Origin: the human T2T-CHM13v2.0 reference genome, Homo sapiens
Assembly: GCF_009914755.1 (NCBI RefSeq)
Contig: NC_060935.1
Length of the DNA: 64,000 nucleotides
Strand: one strand, 5' to 3'
Positions 1 through 12,540 of the stretch are shown here, one piece after another. The notes beneath the pieces are model-generated. The model was not told where the DNA came from. It did not search any database and saw nothing but the letters and a program-made list of their open reading frames with translations. The position numbers and the translations under genes are program-made. The first letter of the stretch is position 1. The number at the start of each line of letters is the position of its first letter.

Positions 1-139
1 TGTGGGTGATCACCCTGGCCCCTCAATCAGATGGACAAGGAGTACAGCCACCAAGCCTTGAGATGCTGTGCTGCAAATGCCCGGAAATGTGCATCAGCCT
101 GGCTGGGGCAGGCCTGACGGCTCCTAACCGCAGCTGGCA

Positions 140-245
140 GCAGGGTGCCAGATTTCACTCCAAATAAAAATACAGGATGCCCAGTTAAATCTGAATTTCT
201 GATAAACAACAAAAGTTTTAGTATAACCTAAATACTGTATGGACA
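140..245 (+). mobile_element. MER53 hAT MITE fragment
   Basis: cagggtgccaga...aaaatacaggatgcccagttaaatctgaatttctgataaacaac matches the recalled MER53 arm. Confidence 0.75.
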
Positions 246-424
246 AAGGATCGAAGAAAGTGCATGCTACTCGCCTGTTTAAGGAAGCTTCCTAGAAGAT
301 GTAACATGTCCTTTCTCCTTTATCTCCCATGGGTGACACAGCCCCACCCAGCCGCATCCTTTACTTTATTTGGCAGCCCTCACTGGCAGCACTGGGGCCC
401 CTGGAAGCAGCAAGCCCAGTGGAA

Positions 425-592
425 AAAACCTGGACTTTGACACCAGACAGCCTGGATTCAAATCTTGGCCTTTGCCTCTGGTAGCTGTGGACTTCTGGCC
501 TAGTCACTTAACCCCTCTGTCCCTCAGTTTCCTCGTCTATACATATGGGGGCAAGAATAGCACCTACTTAATGAGGGCATAATGAATATTAC
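425..592 (+). mobile_element. MIR SINE
   Basis: cctggattcaaatc...tcacttaacccctctgtccctcagtttcctc MIR core. Confidence 0.85.
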
Positions 593-1999
593 AGGAAAGA
601 CGTCTGCCTTCAGCGACATGGAAGTACAGATTAGCTCTATGCCTTTCCTCTATGCAACGTTCAGAAATGTTGTATACATTTTAACTAACATCCTTTTCAG
701 TGCATAGCTAAGGGGCACGAGAAAACAAGGGAAATCTCTGCGGTGTGGAAATAAAGACAGAATTAAAGCGAAGGGTGGGAAGTTTGTGGGGTGAGGCCGC
801 AGAAGACCTGGGAGGGATCGCTGGTTGTGGTTCCCCGGAGGCTGCAGCCGTGCTCAACAGCCAGGAAGGGGCCAGGGATGAGGCTCCTGTCCCATGTGGG
901 GCAGAGTCAGAGCTGAGCACCCCATGGGGAGCCAGTGTTCACAAAGTGCCTCCCTCTCAGGACACGGGTAAAGGAGGTAAGTCTGCCCACTGGCTCAGGG
1001 AAATGAAATGAAGTTGACAGGGGAAGAAAAACCTCTCTACTAGGAACCCATCATCATTGGTCTGTCTTCAGACTGCATTCAGATTGAAATGCCTCTATTT
1101 ACCTTATGGCCTGGTAACTCTCAAGTCAAGAAATTACCATAGAGAGTGAGCCTGAACCAGTGACCCATGGGGCATCTAGAAGAATCAAACCCAAAACCTC
1201 ACCAGAGAGACTTCAGGACCATCTGGGATTTCTATAAATAAAGTCCATCGGAAGATGAGCTCACAATAATAAATTACAAACACAAAGGAACTGATCACCA
1301 GGAGTAGAATCAGCATGCATGGGTTTAAAACCTCAAAGGCACTGATGTTTGCAGGTGAAGACGATAGAATAATACATTTTTAATGTTCAAGGAACTACAA
1401 GGAGGAGTTGAAAACACGGAAATGGCAAGTCATCATGAAGATGAAATAGATATGTTTCAAAATGAACCAAATAGAATTTCTAAAAATTAAAAGTTAAATT
1501 AAAGCTCCATGTCTTGAGACTTCTTTGTTTGGGCCATGGTCATGAAAAGGGTTGGGTTAATTCACCCATTGAAACAACTAGAAAATGAGATAAAATGGAC
1601 GAAATAACGATTTTTTTAAACACAATGCCAACAGGTAGAGCAGGACTGGGGCCCCCGGGAGAGGGAAACACACAAAGTGGGTATGACAACCACTCTGGCT
1701 TCCACCTAGTGGCAAGTTTCTGGAGAAAGAAAGAAGGAGGGGCACAGGAGCAAAGCATGGTGGCCCCAGTGTTGAGGACTCATAAATTCATCTGATAGAA
1801 AAGTAAAGCAGATGACATGCCAAGGAGCCCAATTAGGCTGACAGTAAAAATAGAAACCAGAAAACAACAGAAATGATACAAAGGTTGAGAAAAAATGATG
1901 ATCAAATGGTGCTTATATAGCTGATACACTATCCTTCAAGAGCAAGGGTGACATAAAGACATGTTTGGACCCAAAATATTAATAGAATTTACCACTTAC

Positions 2000-2802
2000 T
2001 TTGACAGATGAGTGGGTTTTTAAAAATGTGGTGTATATATACGACATTTATTATATATAATGTATTATATATGTACAATATATGATATAATATATACTAT
2101 ATTATAATGATATGTACTATATTATATATAATATATAATAAATACATAATATATTCTAAATGCAATATACAATATAAATATATAATATATAATCTATTAT
2201 ATATGTATTAATATAAATTTATATGTACAATATACAATGTACAATATAATATATAATAAATTATATAATTATATAATTATATACTATCTATACTATATAT
2301 TATAATATATAGTGTGTATATACTATATACATTATATATATACTATATACATTATATATACTATATATAATATAATATATAGTGTGTATATACTATATAT
2401 TATAATATATAGTATAGACAATATATTATTATATAGTATATTTATATAAAATACACCATATATTTTACATGTAATATATTATGTAAATATACTATATATA
2501 CCATAATATGTAGTCTTTTTTGTAAATATACTATATATACCATAATATATAGTATGTTATGTACATGAGGTAGCTAAAGTAGTCAAACTCGCAGAAGCAA
2601 AGACTAGAATGGTGAGTGCTAGGGGTGGCTGGTAAGATGGGTGCTAATCACCCAGTATCAATTTTAGTTACGCAAGATGAAGAAGTTCTAGAGATCTCTA
2701 TACAGCATTATGTCTAAAGATAAGACTGAGTTGGGCATTTAAAAATCTGTCAAGGGGATAGAACTCATGGTAAATGTTTTTTACCACAATAAAATAAGAT
2801 AA
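2000..2802 (+). mobile_element. L1MA/L1MB 3' end insertion with target-site duplication
   Basis: gttacgcaagatgaagaagttctagagatct...ttaccacaataaaa 3' UTR; flanked by aatagaatttaccacttac (1981-1999) and aataggatttaccacttac (2803-2821). Confidence 0.8.
2034..2560. repeat. AT-rich (TA)n-like low-complexity expansion
   Basis: ~520 bp of mostly A/T with repeated tatactatat motifs. Confidence 0.9.
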
Positions 2803-3729
2803 AATAGGATTTACCACTTACGAGATCTACACTGAAAGAAATGCATATATAAAGAAATTGGAAAGAATTTGATGAACATGTGAGTAAATCCTAACAAACA
2901 TTGACAGTATAAAATACTATTATTATAATAAAATCATACTTTGAAAAATGTGAAAATAATACTGAATAAAATTAACAAGATAAAAGGAAGACAATCTTAA
3001 GACTATAAGTTCTTATATTCTTCAGCAAGTTCTTATATTCTTCACCCAATTGGGTGGAGGTAGTTAATTTATACTTACTTAAGTCAAACATGTGTGTTAA
3101 ACATTGTAAATTAAAGCCCCAAAAGATTAGAAGTCTATTATATAACTTCCAGGTGAGTAGGGGGCAAAACAGGAATGAATGAAACTCAGTTAATCTAATA
3201 CAAACAAGAGAATAATAATCATAAGAAATACATCAAAAATGGCAAGTCCAAAATGACACCAGTAGATATTACTCCTATAATATTATTAATTACAGTAAAT
3301 GTAAATTAACTAAAAACACAATTCAAAAGAGTTTGTATGAACTGACTAGAAACAAACAAAATGTAGCTATATGCTGTTTACAAGAGACACACCTATGATG
3401 TAAAGACATAGAAACGTTAATGGATGAAAAGTATGTATTAAGCAGAAACTAACCAAGAAGAATCTGATACAGCGATATTAATGTCAAACTAAATGGCTTT
3501 TAAGATTATAAAAAAGTGTAGAGGATGATAGGTACAATTTCCCAAGGAGATATAACAATTCGCTAGAATTTATTGCATTTGTCAGTATTGCCTTAGAAGT
3601 ATCTTTTTTTAATGGCATGATTACAAAGAGAAATAGATAAATTCATAATTATAGAGTGATATTTTAATGGTCTATTTCGATATTTGGTAGTACCACCCGG
3701 CCAAAAAAAGAATAGAGCAGTTTAGAATA

Positions 3730-4272
3730 TCACAGCATAGAACGGTATTCAAGAAGACAAACTCTGGCTAAACTACGTGGTTCAAATCCCAGTTCTCTCT
3801 CACTTACTGGCTGTGTGTTTGAGCTCAGGAAAATGATTTAACCTCTCTGTGCCAATTCCTCAAAATCAATCTGTTTCCCTGGATAACCCTGACAAATATA
3901 TAGTACATTTGCAAAATGAATAAACAACAATCAAGAAAAAAAGAGACAAAAAGAAAAAGGGAAGAAATCAGAATATTTAAAAGATAGTGCCTACTTAAGT
4001 AAACTATATGCTTAATAAATCTGAAAATGTAAATGAAATGAGGTACCTTTCTTAAAAAAATGGACTCGAGAAATTGAAAACTATATTAGCCCTTTAGCCT
4101 CTAAAGAAATTGAGTTGGTAAATTTTGTAAAGCCTTAGCGTGCTTATCTCTAAAATGGTGGTAATAACTGTATGGACCTCAAAGGAGTGCTACGAAGATT
4201 AAATGACTCAGTATTTATAAACCACTTGGAACAAAGTCTGGTCCATTGTTAGCAATCTCTAAGTGTTTGTTA
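3730..4272 (+). mobile_element. MIR split by a ~277-bp insertion
   Basis: ggttcaaatcccagttct...ttaacctctctgtgcc, then resumes gccttagcgtgcttatctctaaaatgg...gattaaatga. Confidence 0.75.
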
Positions 4273-4530
4273 AATAAAATAAACTATCCTGAGCTAATGG
4301 ACATAAGCATATCCGGCCCCTGACAATTAAAGAATAACATTCTGTGTATTCAAGAACATATGGGATATTTATAAAAATTGGCAACGTGTCAGGCCACAGA
4401 AGTTCAACAAATTCTAATAAGTGATATAATATAGAACACATTTTCTGACTACAATGAAATTAAGTTAGAAATCCATAATAAAATAACTCAAAAACCCCTA
4501 CATATTCAAAAATTTTAGAACACACTTGTA

Positions 4531-5069
4531 ATTTGACGCTTGAACAATGTGGGGTTTGGGGTGCCAATCCCCTGTGTAGTCTAAAATCCCCGTATACTTT
4601 TGATTCCTTAAAAATGTAACTACTAATAACTTCCTGTCGACTGGAAACCTTGCGGATAACAATCAATTCACACATATTTTGTATGTTATATGTATTGTAT
4701 ACTATAGTCTTATAATATTATAATAAAATATGCTAGAGAAAAGAAAATGTTCTTAAATGCATAAGGAAGAGAAAATATATTCACTATTCATTAAGTGGAA
4801 GTGGATCATCATTAAGGTCTTCATCCTCACAATCTTCATGTTGAGTGGGCTGAGGAGGAGGGGTGGAGGAGGAGAAGCGGGGAGGAGGAGGAGTAGGTTG
4901 AGGAGGAGGAGGGGGTAGAGGGTGAGGAGTGGGGAGGAGGAGGAGGCGGTGGAAGAGGAGGAGGACGAGGAGGAGTTAGCTTGCTGTCTCAGGGGTGGCA
5001 GAGGTGGGAGAAAACCTGCCTATAAGTGGATGCATGCAGTTCAAACCCCTGTTGTTCAAGGGTCAACTG
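4531..5069 (-). mobile_element. Tigger2a (TcMar-Tigger) non-autonomous DNA transposon
   Basis: TIRs ttgacgcttgaacaa / ttgttcaagggtcaactg, TA flanks, internal ttcattaagtggaagtggatcatc. Confidence 0.85.
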
Positions 5070-5480
5070 TAATTCAAAGAGAAAAGAAGAAATTGTGGAA
5101 ATGATACGACGTTTTTAACTAAAAGATGGTAAAATGCTATGTATTGACATTTGTGGGATGCAGTGAAAGTGACATTTAAAGAAAAATTAAAGTCTAAAAT
5201 GCTTATATTAGAAAAGAAGAAAAGCTAAACTTTTACAAAGCTAAGTGACCAACTCCCCCCCGAAAAAAAAAAAAAAAACATAAAAAATAGGGGAAACTAA
5301 AAAAAAGTAAAAAGAAGGAAATAATAACAATCAGAGAGGACATTAATAAGATAGAAAAAAGGAAAAAAACAGCATCAACAAAGCTAATAACTAGTGCTTC
5401 GACAACAAAGCTTTGCAAAGATTGATTAAGTTAGAGATGGAGAAACAAAAACAGAAAAGAGAAAAATGCCAAAGGGAATA

Positions 5481-5592
5481 GGCCAGGTGCAGTGGCTGAC
5501 GCCTGTAATCCCAGCACTTTGGGAGGCCAAGGCAGGAGGATTGTTGAGTCCAGGAGTTCGAAACCACCCTGGGCAACACTGTGATACTCTGT
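5481..5592 (+). mobile_element. FLAM / AluJ left monomer
   Basis: ggccaggtgcagtggctgacgcctgtaatcccagcactttgggagg...ctgggcaaca. Confidence 0.85.
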
Positions 5593-5887
5593 AATAGTTT
5601 TTTGAGCTGATTCCTCTTAAAATCAATCTGTTTCTCCGTATAACCCTGATGAATATACAGCACATTTTACAAAATGAATAAATGACAATCAAAAAAAGAG
5701 CAAAGAGAAAAAGGGAACAAATCAGAATATTTAAAAGATAGTGTCTACTAAACTAAACTATATGCTTAATAAATCTGAAAATGTAAATGAATTGGTACAT
5801 TTCTTACGAAACAGACTCAAGAAATTAAAAACTGTGTTAGCCCTTTAACCTTTAAACTAATTGAATTAGTAAATTTTTAAAAATCCC

Positions 5888-6065
5888 TTTTATTTTTATT
5901 TATTTATTTCTTTTTTAAGAGACAAGGTCTAGCTCTGTGATGCAGGCCGGAGGACAGTGGTGTGATCACAGCTCACTGCAGCCTTGAACTCCTGGGTTCC
6001 AGCAATCCTCCCACCTCAGCCTCCTTAGTAGGCGTGGCTACAGGTGTGTACCACCATGTCCAGCC
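5888..6065 (-). mobile_element. FRAM / AluJ right monomer
   Basis: T-rich tail then cagctcactgcagccttgaactcctggg...ccaccatgtccagcc. Confidence 0.85.
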
Positions 6066-7829
6066 CTAAATTTCATTCTTTTTAATTTCAATATTGTTAT
6101 GTGTTTTCTAATGTTTTATAACTTATTGGTATGGTAGATGTACATGTATACAAATTAAAAGAAAATTTATATATATTTTACTGGGGATGCAAGCTCAAAA
6201 TTTTTTTTTTTTAAGTAATGGAAGACAGCAAAAGAAGTTTGGAGATTCCTGGTTTAAAGCATTTAAAGCCTCTGTGAAAATTTGCCCAGGTATTTACCTC
6301 ACAACAGGTCTATGAGTTTGGTATTATTTGTCCTTTCTTACGGATGAGGCAGTCCGGGCTTATGGATGAGGCAGTCCGGGCTTGGAGAGCGGGGCGGAGG
6401 GTGGTGGGGGGCCTGGGACACGCTCTCCCCAGTCCAGCCAACACCTGCTTCCTGTTGATGATCCTCACCAGGCCAACAACTTCACTTTCCACACTCAGTG
6501 CCACGAAGTGCAGCTCTAAGCTGGGGATTTCTGTGCAGAGATGATCCACTGAGTGCAACCCACCACCGTGCGGACACCACCCCTGCAGAATCATCTGTGA
6601 AAACAACCCCAGGCCCAGACATAGGGGCCAGCTAAGCTTCGTAGCCCTCGAAATACAGGGAGTGCCCCCTCTGGACCCTCGAGCCCACAGTCCATCCACC
6701 ACAGAGGTGTCTGCTGCTCATCAGATAGTTCCTACCAAGAAAATGCTGTGTGAACCCATCTGTGTGGCAAACCGGCACGGGGAGAAAGCTGACTTCCAAG
6801 GACGTCTACCAACTGTCACTTGCAAACCAGAACTTGCCTCTTTGTAGATGAAGACTGGCAGGGCTGAAGAAATGATCTCATGTTGAAATTAATGATGAGC
6901 TTCAGGGTGAGGTGACTCAGTTCGAATGCTGTTGAATGTTGGTGTCATGGGACTTTTACAAGAAGTAAAACTGGGCTATAAAAATGATCCCCTTCCCCTC
7001 ACTAGAGAAGGGAGGTTCTATTCCTCTCTCTGTCTTTCCCTCTCTCTATATATACCAAAGGTCAAATCTTTGGTATTTTGCATTGAGTCTTTAATTATTC
7101 ATTCACTTTGACCTAGTAATTGCACTTCAGAAAAATAAAGGAAAAACTCGGGGCATAAGTGGTGGTTATGGGGGGCAGGGGAAGCGGGCATGTGGTTGTT
7201 TTTCTCTTTTATTTTTAAATTTTTTGCTTTTTCTGCATTTCTCAGGTTTGCCCTAATGAGATGCCTGACTTTAATAAGAGAAGAAACCATCAGTGTTTGC
7301 AAAGCCCCCTCAGTGTGCCTCACACTCCCTCTTCAGGCACAGCAGGCATCTTCTCTGAGTGCCAGGGCCCCGGTGACCACACACCCACATACACGGACCA
7401 CCCACTCAACCCCTCAGGGAACACTGCCACCCCCACTTGCTACATCAACTGCCTTTTCACCTTGTTTAGAAGCAAAAGTCAACTCAGGGGCCAGGAGACC
7501 CTGGGCATGGGGCTAGGTCTGGGCAAGGTCTCGAGTCAGGGAGAGAGGGGCAAGGAGCCATGTGCCTGGAGTGAGGCTGTGTCCCTGCCCTGGGCAAGTC
7601 AGGGTGGCTGGAACCTGCCCTTCTGGAGTGGGCCCCTCGAACTTGTTAGAGTACTTATAACCTCCTGTCTGCACCCAGAAAACCCGCCCAGGAAGCATTT
7701 CATGTGGTGAAGAGAGATTCCAAACTGGAACTTGGAGGCTCGTTCCCAGCCCCTCTCTGACGCCGATTTCTTGAGTTGATTTTGCCTGTGCATTGAGCAG
7801 TTGGGGCTACATAAGGTTTACAGGATTCT

Positions 7830-8990
7830 AAAAAATTATCATGACATATGTCAGGCATACCAAAAGTGTAATGAGTCATAGAATAAACACCTAGGCACAC
7901 CCCTACTCAGCTGAAGAAGTAAAACAGTATCAAGGTAGTGGAAATCCCTCCTGCATCCCTCTTCCCCCTCCCCAGTCTCCCACAACCCTTCCCCACCCCA
8001 CTCGCAGTGGGGAGAAGCATGGCCCTCAGCTCTCTTTATGCGCTCACTTCTTATATCTCCCTAAACAATATATGAAACAATTTTCCATAAGCGTCACTTG
8101 AATACAAGCAGTCTAATATTGTATATACTTGCCTGTAACTTGCTTTTGTTTTTACTTTTCCTCTTGAAATAATGTTGAATTCACAGAAGAGTTGCACAGA
8201 TGCCAAGTTCCCTGACACTCTTCACCAGCTTCCCCTAGTCTTAACATCTTATATAACCACAGTCCATTGATCAAAACTAAGACATTTACATTGGTGCATC
8301 CCCATCAACTAAGTCACACTTTGGCTCAAATTCCACCAGTGTTTCCACTCATGTCCTTTTTGTGTTCCAGGATCCTGGGACTTCAGGACACCACGTTGTA
8401 TGTAGCTGTATGCCTCCTTAGTCTCAATGTCATGTTAGTGATATCTGATGTGTGTGCTCATCTTCACTGTTCCACGGTATTTTATTGTGTGAAAACAGCA
8501 CAATTTATCCATCCACTCTCCTATTGATGGACATTTAGGCTGTTTTCAAATTTGCCATTAAAAATGCTGCAGTGGACTTCCTTGTGCACATCTTCTTATG
8601 AGCGCTTAGGGCTGGGGTTAGGAGCGGAATTGCAGGCTCACAGGGAAGGGCCAGAGTCGGCTTCACTAGGAAGCAAAGTTGCTTTCCAAAGTCCCTTGGC
8701 CAATTTACTCTGGCAAAGTCTGAGTTCCCATTTCTCTATGTTCCTGCAGCACTTGCTAATGTCAGACTTCCAAATTTCTGTAAATCTTGGGGGAGCAGGA
8801 TGTGAAATGACATGACTTGTTTGAATTTGCATTTCCCTGTTAGGTTGAACAGTTTCTCAATGGTTATTTGTCATCCAAGCTTTGTCTCTAAATTTCCTCT
8901 TCTGTTAAGGTTTCCCCCCATTTTTCTATAGGATGATTTTTTTTCACAATTTAAGTGTTTGTGTGTGTATGTGATACTAATAATTCATTA
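7830..8990 (-). mobile_element. Old L1 fragments (L1ME with an L1MC-type 3' end at ~8160-8425)
   Basis: ttcacagaagagttgcacaga...ttaacatcttatataaccacag; tttatccatccactctcctattgatggacatttaggctgttttc. Confidence 0.7.
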
Positions 8991-9047
8991 TCACTGTAGA
9001 CATGAAGATGTGCCTCTGACATTTCCCTTAAGGAAAGGACTTGCTAA

Positions 9048-9230
9048 TTGAGTTAAGGAGCTTGAGAGGAAGGGATCATCCTGGATTATCTGGGTAGGCC
9101 CCAAATCCAATGATGGTGTCCTTATTAACAGAGGGGCAGAGGGAGGTTTGAGACAGACATGCAGAGTAGAGAGGTGGACAGAACAGAATAGGCAGAGAGG
9201 AGAAGGTCAAGTGAGGCGGAAGTAGACATC
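9048..9230 (+). mobile_element. MLT1 (C/D-like) LTR fragment
   Basis: gttaaggagcttgagagg...atcctggattatctgggtaggccccaaatccaatgatggtgtccttat. Confidence 0.7.
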
Positions 9231-9689
9231 AATGGCCTGTCTCCTCCCTGGCCAAAGCTGACTGGGCAAGAGAAGGACCCATGAGCTGAGCCAACCCCTG
9301 TGGCTGACCAGTGGCCTGGCAGGCATTGCCCATTGAGGAAAGGTGCTTTCACAGGAAGGCTGCAGTACATTGGGGTGGGGTGCCCATGCTGGGCCATGTG
9401 TGGGACAAGGAGAAACAGAAGAATCTAGTCTTGGAGAAATGGTGGCCGTGGTGATGTGGAGAGAGAAGCAGGGATGAAGGAGACCTGGGAAGCCCTGGCA
9501 TTTCCAGATGCCCTGAAATTGAATTGGTAAGTTTTTAAAAATCCCTTCTATTTATTTATTTATTTATTTATTTATGAGAAAGGGTCTAGCTCTGTGACCC
9601 AGGCCGGAGGACAGTGGCATGATCATAGCTCACTGCAGCCTCGAACTGAGCACCAGCTGCTTTCAGCTCCTGTCCACAGTGAGCTGTTG

Positions 9690-10138
9690 CAAGAGTTTCC
9701 TGGGGCTGCTGGAGCAAAGTACCCCAAACTGGGTGGCTTCGAGAAGACAGACTTATTCTCCCAGTTCTAGAGGCTGAAAGTCTGGGACGAGGTGTTTGCA
9801 GGGCAATGCTATCCCCAGACGCTCTGGGGAAGCATGCTTCCTCACTTCTCCCTGGCTCCTGACAGTTTCCTGTGGGTCTTTGAGGTTCCCTGGCTGGTCG
9901 AGGTCTCACTCCTGCCCCGGTTTTCATGTGGCCACCTTCCCTCCATGCTTGTCTGTCCCTGTGTCTGAATTTCCCCTTTGTGTGACACCAGGCTTCTTGG
10001 GTTAGGACCCAGACTCATGACTTCATTTCAACTCCATTCCCTCTATAAATACCCTGTCTCTAAATGAGGCCACATCTACGGTACTAGGGGTCAGGCATGA
10101 ACGTATCTTTTTAGGAAAAATCAATTCATTCCCAATAC
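9690..10138 (-). mobile_element. MLT1B-like solo LTR (ERVL-MaLR)
   Basis: ggggctgctggagcaaagtaccccaaactgggtggctt...ccagttctagaggctgaaagtc...ccacatctacggtactaggggtcagg. Confidence 0.8.
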
Positions 10139-10749
10139 CTGAGAACTCGTCTTTTGCATCCTTGTAATAGTATTCCCCTTTTATTTGAGGAGTGAGAGTG
10201 GGTTTCTTTGCTTGTAACCGGTGGGTCTCCACCGCAGTGGTTTGTGGGTGCTCACTTCCATGTGAGTGAGGAGCCGGGGGGCCCTGGGGTGTGCTCCCAC
10301 GGGCTGTGTCTGTCCGCACCGCACAACAGGTGACGGCCAAAGCTGTGGGCAGAAAGTAGAGAACTGGATGCAAGTGTTTGCCAGGTTGGCCTCGGAATGT
10401 TAGATCAGCCTCTGGCCCCCCAAACCTCCAGGAAAAGAAGCAGTGGTGGGGTTCAGCCTGAACCCTAAACAACCTCCATGACTGGTCCCGTTCTTATTCC
10501 ATTTTGTGGGTAGAGACTGGACTGGTGTTTGAAGGTTTCTCACATTATTTTCCGTGTCTATGCCTCCACAGTTTCCTGCGGCTGTCTGCACACCCAGACC
10601 AGAGCAGTTCCTGCCTTTGCGCTTTGCACCATTTTCCTTGGTGAACTTCTATTCATCCTTCAAAGCCCAGCAGTAATCATCCTTTAGAAAGTCTTCTTTC
10701 AGAGGGAACCAAAAAGGTAATCGCTGGAGACAGACAGATGCTGCCTGAA

Positions 10750-10915
10750 TGCCTGTTGTGTTGTGTGGTTGTGGGAATGTTACTTCACCTCTCCGTGCCT
10801 CAGTTTCCTCAGCTGTAATGGGGATGGTAACAGTGTCTAGGGGTACTGCTTGGAATGCACATAGGGAGATGAGTGAAGGCCCAGCACTAGAAGAGTGCAG
10901 GCACTAGCAGAGTGC
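10750..10915 (+). mobile_element. MIR
   Basis: gttacttcacctctccgtgcctcagtttcctcagctgtaatggggatggtaacag. Confidence 0.8.
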
Positions 10916-11602
10916 AGGCGCAATTGCTGCTGGGACCAGCAGGTAACTCGCATCCAAGTTACAGTGCCCAGCCCCAGCAGCAGCCTCAGCACCAGGCAGA
11001 GTGTGCTCAGCACTGTGGGGGGCCAAGAGGACTTGAGGGCCGCTGGTCTGTGATTCTCTCATCTCTTTTGAGGTTCAGGACTTGGCGTCTCTCCTAGAAG
11101 CTCTGGGGAACCTGACAAATCCTCCAGGAGGACACAGAACGCAGGAAGGGCTGGCTCGGGGTGCACCAAGATGGCTGCCCCGAGACACCGTATCTGAGGG
11201 CTTGGGTGGAACTGAGGAGAGGGCGGCTGGGAAGGCCATCCGGGAGGAAAGGGCAGACGGCTACGGCAGCGTCAGGTGGTACAGTTTGCCCCGGAAGTGA
11301 GGTAGAGAAGAGAGCGGGAGGAGAGAGGGCCACATGCCTCTCAGCCATGGCCCTGAATGCTGGCTTGGCTGAGCCTCATCTTTGCTGTTTGCAGAATGGG
11401 GAGAATTGTGCCTGCCCAGCCTCCTCCTTGGGGACTCCAGGGGCCCAAAGAACCAAGAGCTGCAAATGTCCTGGTGGCCTTGGAAGTTTATGGATGGTAC
11501 AGATCTGGGGTGGAGGGCATGGCCAGGACAGGGAGGGCTGTCAGAGAGAGGGTCTGTGGGTTTGTGGAGTGTGGGGATCAGTCGCTGACTCATTAGATGA
11601 AC

Positions 11603-11820
11603 CAGGAGCCTGCATGCTACAGCCCACCTGCCAAATCTTGCCCCCACCTGCTTTTTAAAATAAAGTTTTATTGGAACATGGCCATGCCCATTCTTGTACA
11701 TGTTGTCTATGCTGCTTTGCTTTCCAATGCCAGAGTCGGGGAGCTCTGGCAGAGACTTCAGGACCGCGAAACCAAAAACATTGACCATCTGCCACTTACA
11801 GAAATGTTTGCCGACGCTTG
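11603..11820 (+). mobile_element. MER58A hAT-Charlie MITE
   Basis: aataaagttttattggaacatggccatgcccattc...ttacagaaatgtttgccgacgcttg. Confidence 0.85.
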
Positions 11821-11834
11821 AGCAAAAAATAATA

Positions 11835-12540
11835 ACTTGTCAGATGCACTCAAGCACTGAGCACCAGGCCCTGTTTTAGGTGCTGGGCACACAGCCATGA
11901 TGAAACTGGAATTTTCTACCCTCGTGGAGACAACATTCTGGTGGAGGGAGAAAGAACAAGCAAAATAAAGAAGGAAATTGTCTGGGCTGCAGGGGATACA
12001 TGTTAGAGAGAGAGTCAGAGCAGGAAGCAAATCAGAGGGTGGGGAGGGCGACTGAAAGAAGGGTGTCAGGTGGCCTCACTTATGACCTGGAGAAAGAGAG
12101 GGGAAGAGCTCTGTGGGTGTCCCAGGTAGTGGGAACTATGGCTATGCAAAGGCCCTGAGGCAGGAGTGAGGAGTCCGGGCGGCTGGAGCAGGGGAGAGGG
12201 TGGGCAGTGGGAGACGTGGACAGCAGGTCACAGCCACCCCCGGTATGGCCTTCCAGGCTGTTGTGGGGACCTGGGCATTTACTCTGATGGGAACAAGCAA
12301 CCACGGTAAGTTCTGAGTAGAGGAGGGCTGTAGTCTGACGTAGGCTAGGCAGGATCCCTGGGCGCTATGAGCATAAGGACAGCAGCTGGGGCAGGATAGA
12401 GATGCAAGTGGACCAGGGTGGTGGCCGTGTGTAGAGGCGGGCAGGTTCCAGAAGGTTCTGGAAGCAGGGCTTACTAGACTCCTGCATCAGATGGAGGAGG
12501 CAAGAGAAGAAGGGGCCCAGCATGACTCTAAACCTCAAGA
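11835..12540 (-). mobile_element. L2 LINE fragment
   Basis: ccaggccctgttttaggtgctgggcacacagc...tgcaaaggccctgaggcagga...gggcatttactctga. Confidence 0.8.

Larger units (their letters stand above)
1500..5885 (+). mobile_element. Fragmented ancient L1 (L1M/L1ME-type ORF1-ORF2 remnants) interrupted by younger insertions
   Basis: A-rich plus strand with decayed L1-like tracts (ctatccttcaag...ataaagacat; ctatatgctgtttacaagagacacacct; gtgggatgcagtgaaagtgacatttaaagaaaaatt). Confidence 0.65.

Noticed and set aside
6250-6560. Possible spliced exon pair (cag|gtattt at ~6289; caccag| at ~6471) and a 22-bp tandem duplication at ~6342-6383
   Set aside because: Weak splice signals and no transcript evidence; the small duplication is ordinary slippage.
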